Source of the DNA: a virus
Taxonomy: Duplodnaviria > Caudoviricetes
Length of the DNA: 58,503 bases
Direction: 5' to 3' (one strand)
Virus record (IMG/VR): IMGVR_UViG_3300032562_000025
Span: 1 to 58,503 of that record
A program made the translations under genes and the position numbers. The notes under the pieces were generated by a model that saw only the letters and a program-made list of their open reading frames with translations, did no database searches and was not told the origin of the DNA. This document shows, piece after piece, positions 18,729 through 26,205 of this stretch; position 1 is the stretch's first letter; the number at the start of each line of letters is the position of its first letter.

Positions 18729-19007
18729 TTAAAACCGATACATTTTAAATGCTTCGTCAGTGCATGGAACTAACTTACGAATTGATTCACGATTGAATAC
18801 CTTATCTCCCATTCGTGAAATTTCAGTATATGAATATGTATCCCAAAGGATATAAATTGTCCAGTCATGAATTTGTCCACGAACGGCAACCCATCTTAAT
18901 TGTTTACCCGTATTACACATATTTATTCCTTCAGGTGAATCAGTTACGATTCCCGTTGCAAAGTGACAATGTTCAGGCATTGCTTGTAACATTTCAATGT
19001 CAAGCAT
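18729..19007 (-). CDS. Hypothetical phage protein
   Basis: RBS GAGGTG. WVAVRGQIHDWTIY. Confidence 0.65.
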   Translation of the reverse strand: MLDIEMLQAMPEHCHFATGIVTDSPEGINMCNTGKQLRWVAVRGQIHDWTIYILWDTYSYTEISRMGDKVFNRESIRKLVPCTDEAFKMYRF

Positions 19008-19199
19008 TTTTCACCTCATTTTAAATTTATTTTATTCAACTCATCCTTTTTGCAGTGTTTAGCCATATTCTTATCACAAAACTTTTCCCAAGTGCATAAT
19101 GCACAACTTGTTTTTAAAATTAATGATTTTGGTAATTCATTATGCTTCGACTTCATTTCATTCCAGGTCATACACATGATTTATCCCCTTAATTTGAAT

Positions 19200-19448
19200 T
19201 TATTTGTTTACTGATTTTGATTTAGCCATAGGATAAATAATCATATCCAATGATTTCACTCGGCAAACATTCCCAACTGAACAATTCATTACTTCATTTC
19301 TTGCCATTGAAATCAATGATTTTGTTTGTTGTTGACTTCGGTAATATCCGAATGAATACGCTCCATAAATTATGAAGTAAATAACCGATATTAATAATAA
19401 GCCCCATTTAATTCCATTCACAATCTTAATCCTTTTTTCAGTTTTCAT
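19200..19448 (-). CDS. Membrane-anchored hypothetical protein
   Basis: MKTEKRIKIVNGIKWGLLLISVIYFIIYG, RBS GAGGTGG. Confidence 0.55.
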   Translation of the reverse strand: MKTEKRIKIVNGIKWGLLLISVIYFIIYGAYSFGYYRSQQQTKSLISMARNEVMNCSVGNVCRVKSLDMIIYPMAKSKSVNK

Positions 19449-19449
19449 T

Positions 19450-19758
19450 TCAATCCACCTCATTAATGAATTTTGAGTAATGTCCGTGACAAATATCATA
19501 TGCCAAGGCATGAAGAATGTCCTTATCATTTGACGTTAATCGGCTTGCAAATGTTGGGCTTAATAAATCCAAAAGAAATTGATTGAAGTAAAAATAATCG
19601 TTTTTGAGATCCTGAATGTGATATTGAGTTGGTTTGCTTAATTGAGACAATAAATCGAAGGCGGTTGAATACGTAATTAAGCGATGAAAACGTACCTGAA
19701 TATCATTTTCATTCAACTTCTCAATTACTTTTGAAGATGTAAAATTTGACCATTTCAT
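19450..19758 (-). CDS. Hypothetical protein
   Basis: Coupled ORF in the early operon. Confidence 0.45.
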   Translation of the reverse strand: MKWSNFTSSKVIEKLNENDIQVRFHRLITYSTAFDLLSQLSKPTQYHIQDLKNDYFYFNQFLLDLLSPTFASRLTSNDKDILHALAYDICHGHYSKFINEVD

Positions 19759-20012
19759 AAGTTCACCTGATTTGCAAATGTTTTAAGTACATTTCGAATG
19801 TCCTTCGCATTAATGTTTCTCCAATGTGTAATGTTATTTAAGATATACAAACACTGAATTTTCAATTCATGCCCTTCCATATTTAATGCCGCCTTGCAAT
19901 AATTCACGGCATAATTAAGGGAGGTTGAGTAAGAATTAATATCGGCCAAAATTTGCTTAATACATTTCCTGACATCGTCTTCACTGATTTTGATTTGAGT
20001 TGATTTTTTCAT
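19755..20012 (-). CDS. Hypothetical protein, first gene of the leftward operon
   Basis: RBS AAGGGG, downstream of promoter 20080-20108. Confidence 0.65.
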   Translation of the reverse strand: MKKSTQIKISEDDVRKCIKQILADINSYSTSLNYAVNYCKAALNMEGHELKIQCLYILNNITHWRNINAKDIRNVLKTFANQVNL

Positions 20013-20079
20013 TTCGTTCCCCTTTGTGTTTAAATTTTAAACCATTTTCATTAAAAACCATCATTGTATTCATGTATTA

Positions 20080-20108
20080 AATATATCATACAACCATGAA
20101 GATGTCAA
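20080..20108 (-). promoter_or_regulatory. sigma70-type promoter (leftward early)
   Basis: TTGACA-17 nt-TATATT with extended TG. Confidence 0.75.
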
Positions 20109-20206
20109 TGTAATTATTAAGGTTTTGAAATGTTTATTCAGCGTGTTTTATTTAATTAAACGTCAATTTTGCAATGGACAAAACCAAACATCAAACATTA
20201 TTAAAC

Positions 20207-20586
20207 CAATTGTCCATTGTCCATCATTCGATTATATTTTAATAAATGGCATCGTAAAAATTACGCTACCTCCCTCATGACTTTACTTACTATTTATTAA
20301 GCATTTTTCCTTTTAAGCTTATCTTTTCTTAAGTGTTTTCTTTTTAACTCCTTAGTTATCATTATGACCTCTTACCTTTTTGTTATATAATATTATATAT
20401 ATATATACATATATATTAAAATGTAAAACAAATGTAATAACAATAATAACAAATTAAAACAATACAATAAATAAACAATAAACACTTAAAAGTATAACTA
20501 AGTAAAATCATGAATCAATGGAGGTAACGTAATATTTACGACATCAATTATCAATATATTTTGCCATGATGGACAATGGACAATTG
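20207..20586. repeat. 380-bp quasi-palindromic element (candidate replication origin)
   Basis: Perfect 21-bp inverted repeats (20207-20227 and 20566-20586), inverted CGTAA-N3-TTACG sites 25 bp inside each, T-rich left arm, A-rich right arm, central (TA)n run. Confidence 0.75.
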
Positions 20587-20594
20587 CAAATTGC

Positions 20595-20629
20595 ACGTTT
20601 GACGTTCAATGTTCAACGTTCAACGTTTG
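20595..20629 (+). repeat. 7-bp tandem repeat x5
   Basis: acgtttg acgttca atgttca acgttca acgtttg. Confidence 0.7.
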
Positions 20630-20664
20630 GCCTTAAAATACTCAACCATAACTTAAGAATCAAA

Positions 20665-20693
20665 TTGACAGTACCCTTAATCCATGTTATAAT
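20665..20693 (+). promoter_or_regulatory. Perfect consensus sigma70 promoter (rightward)
   Basis: TTGACA-17 nt-TATAAT with extended TG, followed by an 11-bp tandem ATAATTAAAYC x3. Confidence 0.85.
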
Positions 20694-20744
20694 TAAACCA
20701 TAATTAAATCATAATTAAATCATTTAAAAATGGAGGTTTTTAAA

Positions 20745-21509
20745 ATGAATAAGGAAAAAGCTGATAGTTTATTTCAGGAAGTATTAATGGATTGTAAAGT
20801 AGGTCAAAAACGTTATATTGTATATGAAAAACGCTCCGAAGGTGAATCGGCAAGGTTAATGTTAAACCGTGTTAAGGATTTATATGGTAAAAGGAATCCT
20901 TGGCGTCAACTTGAAATTGAAATATATTCAGATACATTAATGGTTAATGGAGTTGAAAAGAAATTCATAATTATTGAAAAGGTTGATCCATTACACCCAA
21001 AGGTTAATTATGAAGTTTTTAAAGAAGATGAAAACGGTAATTTAGTTCCTTGGGTGGATAAAAACGCATACCTTCCCATTATTCGGCAGATTAAGCAATG
21101 GCAACAAGTCAATCCGGCTTCAGGTTATAATGAAATGTTTATTGATTTTAATATGAAATCTTGGGAAAGTGAGCAACGTGATTTATTTACAAAGGTATAC
21201 AATGAATTAAATAAAAATGTTGAGTATAAAATGGAATTTGAAATCCCATTATCAACTTCATTACCAATAAACCCACCAATTCCAACAATTCAAGGTGAAC
21301 AAAACAAAGATGAAATTTTAATGGAATTGAGTCATAAATGGCGTAGGCAATCAAGGGTATATTTGCAAGTTGATAATCCCGATTGCACGTTGGATGATTT
21401 CATTAACATAATGACAATAAATCCATTTACAAAGGAATTGAAAACGGACATCACCAATGATGATATTGAAGTTTTACGGATGTTATACGATGAAATGGCA
21501 GTTAAATAA
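20745..21509 (+). CDS. Hypothetical protein in its own transcription unit next to the putative origin
   Basis: RBS GGAGG before ATG 20745, with its own promoter and terminator. Confidence 0.7.
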   Translation: MNKEKADSLFQEVLMDCKVGQKRYIVYEKRSEGESARLMLNRVKDLYGKRNPWRQLEIEIYSDTLMVNGVEKKFIIIEKVDPLHPKVNYEVFKEDENGNLVPWVDKNAYLPIIRQIKQWQQVNPASGYNEMFIDFNMKSWESEQRDLFTKVYNELNKNVEYKMEFEIPLSTSLPINPPIPTIQGEQNKDEILMELSHKWRRQSRVYLQVDNPDCTLDDFINIMTINPFTKELKTDITNDDIEVLRMLYDEMAVK

Positions 21510-21542
21510 TTCATGAAATGAATTGGTTTACCGATTGAAGTG

Positions 21543-21582
21543 AAAACATGGTATGACCATAATTTAAGCCATACCATGTTTT
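21543..21582. terminator. Bidirectional intrinsic terminator
   Basis: aaaacatggtatg pairs with cataccatgtttt between convergent genes. Confidence 0.7.
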
Positions 21583-21602
21583 TGTTTAAACCGTTTACGA
21601 AT

Positions 21603-22061
21603 TTATTCGTGGTTATTTTCCCCGTCCTCAAGGGCCAAAATATCCAATTGTTTTGCCGTAAATTTGTACGAAAACAATCCGCCATTGACGGCAGTCCGTA
21701 ACATAATCAACCGTTCAACATCTTCAATTAAATTCAGCGTTTTTATTGTAACCGCAGGTGATTTATCGGTTTTCTCCCGCTCCACGTGGTGACCTTCATT
21801 AATTGCTTCCATTGTTTTCATCATGCCAACGCTCCGTTGCTCAGCGGTGAACCCCGCCTTGATTGTTAATCCCGCAACGGAATCAATAACAACATTCCGC
21901 GCTCCGATCAGGGCAAGACGTTTGAATAATTCATGGTTTTTGTCAAGGGTTAATATCCGTTTGATTCCCCCTGCCATAAATGACATCTCAGCCGTGTTGT
22001 AACTTGCTGATTCTTTTGCCCGCTTCCAATTTTCCGTTGTTTCTGTGTTTTCAATTGTCAT
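21603..22061 (-). CDS. Hypothetical protein (probable paralog of 14988..15437)
   Basis: RBS AAGGGG. Preceded by a sigma54-like promoter. Confidence 0.7.
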   Translation of the reverse strand: MTIENTETTENWKRAKESASYNTAEMSFMAGGIKRILTLDKNHELFKRLALIGARNVVIDSVAGLTIKAGFTAEQRSVGMMKTMEAINEGHHVEREKTDKSPAVTIKTLNLIEDVERLIMLRTAVNGGLFSYKFTAKQLDILALEDGENNHE

Positions 22062-22151
22062 AATGATACCCCTTGATAATGAATTTACCGTCAGGCGTGC
22101 GCCGTCAGGATTGTTGCCAATTTTGATGATTTTGCTTCATGTATTTAATAC

Positions 22152-22167
22152 TGCAATCGCCGTGCCA
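22152..22167 (-). promoter_or_regulatory. sigma54 (RpoN) -24/-12 promoter
   Basis: Minus strand TGGCACGGCGATTGCA matches TGGCACG-N4-TTGC exactly, about 90 bp upstream of the 22061 start. Confidence 0.7.
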
Positions 22168-22239
22168 CAATTGTAACGTGTTGAAATCATTCATGTTTTT
22201 AAATCAATCATGTTTTTAAACATCCGAAACGTTGAAAAA

Positions 22240-22437
22240 TGTAAACAATTCCGACAGATATTTTATGTAATATTCTCAGGATTTTCATGTAACCATGTAA
22301 AATTATTCGGTTTTTATTCAATTTAGCAAATTGTAAAGAAATTCGACAACGTTGTAAACATTTTCGACATTTTCAGAAACATGAATGATTTCAATTGGTT
22401 AAAGTGTAATGAAATCCGACATGTCAATTTATTGACA
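22240..22437. repeat. Four 17-bp direct repeats TGTAA-N7-CGACA plus palindrome TGTCAATTTATTGACA
   Basis: Copies at 22240, 22332, 22353 and 22405. Palindrome at 22422-22437. Confidence 0.75.
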
Positions 22438-22818
22438 CATTCCCGAATTTCCCGCCGTAAACATTACGATACCTCCGTCCGGTTCATTGCAAGCAATCGT
22501 CATGCAATCAATTAATCAATGAATACATTAGTTATACATTTATTCAGTCAATCAATGCAATACAATGGCTGACAATTGGATACATTGCTTGGCGTTAGCC
22601 AAGTACCCCCTACCCGTCAAGGGGGATTGACGGCCCATGCAGTCGCCACGCCACCCCAAAACCTAACCTTCCCTCCATGTAAACATACTTTTCACTTAAT
22701 TCAAAAGTTAATCGGTAAACCAATCGGACTTCCGATTTCGAAATTAATTAAGCACGGTCTTCGGAAAATAAAAATTTTCAAATTTTTTACAAAAATTAAA
22801 ATAACCTTAAAATAAATA

Positions 22819-22847
22819 TTGACAACTTCCGTATTTAGCGGTATCAT
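22819..22847 (+). promoter_or_regulatory. sigma70-type promoter of the packaging/structural operon
   Basis: TTGACA-17 nt-TATCAT immediately before ATG 22852/22855. Confidence 0.65.
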
Positions 22848-22851
22848 TACA

Positions 22852-23424
22852 ATGATGATACCATTTTCACCTCATTCCATTGAAGGGGCATTGGATTTCT
22901 CAAACACAACCGTGTTCAAATTCAATGCCTTAATTAAACCTGAAATAAACATAAATTCATACAAACAACTTTCACTTGAACCGTTGATTTATGGCTGGAA
23001 GGAAATTGGAAAATTACTTAATTGTACCTTAGGTATAATCAGGCATAAATTGAAGCGTGTTCTTCTTAAGGGAAGGTATGTATTTTTTCGCTTAGCGGTA
23101 AATTCGTGTGGTACGATCAGTAGAGTATACTGTACTTATAAATCATTACTTGCTTTATTTATTGCACGCTATTGTGGACTCGATAAAATTCCTGAGGTTC
23201 CTTGTATACTTATTATCGGAACTAAAGGGATATCTAAATTTTTAGGAGTATCTGACGAAGGTTTTAGAAGAAAATATAGAGATGTTTTTGAAAGTGATGG
23301 AATAATATATAAATTAAGTAATAAGTGTAAGCCTTACTTATGTGCCTTTACAAATATGTTAATTGCTTCATTAGTAAAACATCCTGAACTTGATTTTCGT
23401 GAGGCAACATATGTCAGAAAGTGA
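22852..23424 (+). CDS. Protein with two tandem Xis/MerR-like HTH repeats
   Basis: LIYGWKEIGKLLNCTLGIIRHK and LIIGTKGISKFLGVSDEGFRRK are internal repeats. Confidence 0.55.
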   Translation: MMIPFSPHSIEGALDFSNTTVFKFNALIKPEININSYKQLSLEPLIYGWKEIGKLLNCTLGIIRHKLKRVLLKGRYVFFRLAVNSCGTISRVYCTYKSLLALFIARYCGLDKIPEVPCILIIGTKGISKFLGVSDEGFRRKYRDVFESDGIIYKLSNKCKPYLCAFTNMLIASLVKHPELDFREATYVRK

Positions 23425-23827
23425 TTTAAGTCCAGAACAAACAATTAAGGATTTGTTATCCCCGATGCAGAAGGCACTGGAGGAATTGGGAATAACTCCA
23501 GAAATGCTTGGTAAAAAACTCCTTGAAGAAATGAACGCTGAAGAAACTAAATTCTTCTCTCATCAAGGAGAAATTAAGGATTCAGAAAATGTAATTGCTT
23601 GGGATGTTCGTCAGCGGGCAAGGCAAGACGCACATAAGTTAAGGGGTGATTATGCTCCTGAAAAACGTGATTTAAACATCCATGAAGATCATGATTATGA
23701 TCCTGAGGAAGAGTTGATCTTAACAAATGCCGCAAATGAAATTGCTCAAAAACGAATCGCTGAAATGCGAAATGATAATGAGCCAATTGAGCCAACCGAA
23801 CCAATTGAGGAAACAAAAAAGGATTGA
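23411..23827 (+). CDS. Putative terminase small subunit
   Basis: Directly upstream of and coupled to the large terminase. RBS GAGG before ATG 23411. Confidence 0.55.
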   Translation: MSESDLSPEQTIKDLLSPMQKALEELGITPEMLGKKLLEEMNAEETKFFSHQGEIKDSENVIAWDVRQRARQDAHKLRGDYAPEKRDLNIHEDHDYDPEEELILTNAANEIAQKRIAEMRNDNEPIEPTEPIEETKKD

Positions 23828-25521
23828 GTTCAAACCACAATCAAGTTGAGTTAAATGAAGCACAACGCTCATTATCCTTGAAAGATGTTGAGCGTTGTTC
23901 TGCTTGGTTTTGGGCTAATCAAAATAATATTAGATTATCTGGTGGAAATTATTCACTTAAAAACCATGAATATCAGGTTGAAATGCTCAATGCCCCTGAA
24001 AAATTAAGATGTCATAAAAAAGGCGCTCAGATGGGTGTCTCTGAAGCTGAAGTTTTAAGAACAATTCATGGAATGATTAATAACCGATATAATCAAGGTG
24101 TATTGTATTTATTCCCAAGTGCTGATGATGTATCTGAATTTTCAAAAGCCCGTTTCAATCCATTAATCGCTGATAATCCTGAATCAATTGGTTCATTTGT
24201 CCGTGCAACTGACTCAGCAACAATTAAGCGTATTGGTCGAGCAATGTTATACTTACGTGGAGCACGTGGAACTGCAAATATTGAAGGCTCAAAAAAGGAT
24301 TCCTCAAAATTAAGATCAATTCCAGTAGATAAAATAGTATATGATGAGTGCGATTTGATGGATCCTGACATGATTGATTTGGCTTCAGAACGTATTTCAC
24401 ACTCATTAATTCAAGAACAAGTATTCCTTAGTACTCCATCAATACCTGACTATGGGATAGATAAAAAGTTTCAAGAATCCGATCAACGTTTATGGATGAT
24501 TAAGTGTAAACATTGTAATGAATGGACTTGTCTCGAATTAGAATTCCCTGAATTAATTACACAACATGAAGATGGTTCCGGTATGCGCTTATGTAGAAAA
24601 TGCAAGCGTGAAATTTATCCTTACAACGGAACATGGGCAGCTCAATATCCTTCGCGTAAGAATAATTATGGAACTTGGATATCTCAATTGAATTCAGCAT
24701 ATGTTGATCCATGGAAAATCCTTCAATTATTTTTAAACCCACCTAACGGAAATATTCAAGAAGTTTACAATTCAAAATTGGGTATGGCTTACATTGCGGC
24801 TGAAAATCGTTTGCAAGCACATGACTTATATCCCTTAATGTCAAATGAAATTGGAATGTTTGACCATCCTGGACCGACAGCAATGGGAGTTGATGTCGGG
24901 AATAACCTTCATGTTACGATAATTGATCGCCCATCTGAAAAATCAAAACGAGTAATTAAGATTGTGGAAATTAATGCAAAAATGAATAAGGAAACACCCA
25001 TTGCTGAAATGATTAATTTCAGTCCAATTCATGATTTGATTAAGCAATTTAATGTTAAATCATGTGTTTTCGACTTCGCTCCCGTACAACAACAAGTAAG
25101 GGCATTTCGTGAATCCGAATTGACTTGTGAAGTGTTCGGTTGCATTTATCAAGAACATCAACGTGGCCCTGCATCTTGGGATGTTGTTGATGGAATTGTT
25201 CGTGTAAATCGTACTGAAATTTGTGATACAACTCATGCGTTATGTATGGAAAAGGGAGCATTGTCCATTCCAAGGCGTTCATCGGAAATTGATGAGTGGG
25301 TTACACATATGTGTAACTTGGCTAAAGTTTTGCAAGAAAATAAGGATACGGGGAGTAAGGAATATCATTATCGTAAGTTAGGCCCCGACCATTATCGTCA
25401 TTCACTTAATTATGCAATTCTCGCTTCACAACGAATTGGTATTTATGTTGCTCCGACAACAAATAAATCAAAGGGATCGAATTGGCGTGGCAATGATGCT
25501 GGTTCGTTTATGTCGGTTTAA
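23824..25521 (+). CDS. terL: Terminase large subunit, GpA-like
   Basis: KKGAQMGVSE (Walker A), VYDECD (Walker B), LSTP, CKHC/CRKC zinc finger, MGVDVG, GPDHYRH. Confidence 0.9.
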   Translation: MSSNHNQVELNEAQRSLSLKDVERCSAWFWANQNNIRLSGGNYSLKNHEYQVEMLNAPEKLRCHKKGAQMGVSEAEVLRTIHGMINNRYNQGVLYLFPSADDVSEFSKARFNPLIADNPESIGSFVRATDSATIKRIGRAMLYLRGARGTANIEGSKKDSSKLRSIPVDKIVYDECDLMDPDMIDLASERISHSLIQEQVFLSTPSIPDYGIDKKFQESDQRLWMIKCKHCNEWTCLELEFPELITQHEDGSGMRLCRKCKREIYPYNGTWAAQYPSRKNNYGTWISQLNSAYVDPWKILQLFLNPPNGNIQEVYNSKLGMAYIAAENRLQAHDLYPLMSNEIGMFDHPGPTAMGVDVGNNLHVTIIDRPSEKSKRVIKIVEINAKMNKETPIAEMINFSPIHDLIKQFNVKSCVFDFAPVQQQVRAFRESELTCEVFGCIYQEHQRGPASWDVVDGIVRVNRTEICDTTHALCMEKGALSIPRRSSEIDEWVTHMCNLAKVLQENKDTGSKEYHYRKLGPDHYRHSLNYAILASQRIGIYVAPTTNKSKGSNWRGNDAGSFMSV

Positions 25522-25530
25522 TCTGATGAG

Positions 25531-25550
25531 CGTAAAATTTACGGTATCTC
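25531..25550 (+). promoter_or_regulatory. Representative copy of the genome-wide CGTAA-N3-TTACG-nTAyCT motif
   Basis: Exact cores start at 3609, 10970, 13730, 16708, 17725, 20253, 20528, 22456, 25531, 32501, 35731, 43748, 52815 and 56233. One-mismatch copies at 5699 and 48427. Confidence 0.85.
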
Positions 25551-25586
25551 AATGGGTGAACGAAAAAGGAGAACAGGAGGTTCAAA

Positions 25587-26195
25587 ATGAATATTAATTA
25601 TTTGAATGGAATTTCGAAGGTTATTGGTCATGTTCAAGTTGTTGGAAATGAACGTGGTTATGAACCGGCTTTATATATTATTAATGAGAAATCACCACGA
25701 TTTCAAGGACATTCATTCATTATTGCATTAAGCGCATTTTATAAATACGTAAATCCATTCATCAACAACGCACATCCGAAGTTGATTAAGGAAGATCAGA
25801 TTAAATTTAATGAGCTTACAACACGTTTACATATTGAGAATGAGTCAATAATGAATATAATTACAATTGATAAACGTAAGGAATATATTAAAAATATGGC
25901 TTGTGTTGCATTCGCCTTGGCATTGTATAAAGCAGAAGGAATCCTCCTCGTCACTGGGTATAATTTAGGTCAGTGCATGACCATGTTTGAGATTGAGCCA
26001 ATTCCACAAGCAGCTTGCCAATTGTTACTATTCATTGAGGATTCATTGGACGATTTAAGACGTGCACCAATGCCATTCCCTGATTCAATTTACAATGCAG
26101 GTGGAATGAATGTATCCATTGAAGGGAAAAAGATTTACTCAGGTGATTGGCATATTACAGAGTCGGAATTAATGAAAGAACAATTGATTCAATAA
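25587..26195 (+). CDS. Hypothetical protein
   Basis: RBS AGGAGG, between terminase and portal. Confidence 0.7.
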   Translation: MNINYLNGISKVIGHVQVVGNERGYEPALYIINEKSPRFQGHSFIIALSAFYKYVNPFINNAHPKLIKEDQIKFNELTTRLHIENESIMNIITIDKRKEYIKNMACVAFALALYKAEGILLVTGYNLGQCMTMFEIEPIPQAACQLLLFIEDSLDDLRRAPMPFPDSIYNAGGMNVSIEGKKIYSGDWHITESELMKEQLIQ

Positions 26196-26205
26196 TAAGG
26201 AATAA

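Noticed and set aside
20385-20418. (TA)n microsatellite as an independent feature
   Set aside because: Better explained as the centre of the symmetric origin-like element.
21657-21670. Further motif copy (cgtaaatttgtacg)
   Set aside because: Wrong spacing, a mismatch and no tail, so it was not counted. The same applies to half-sites near 9646 and 10441.
22240-22437. Mini CRISPR array
   Set aside because: The repeats are 17 bp, degenerate and irregularly spaced (gaps of 75, 4 and 35 bp).
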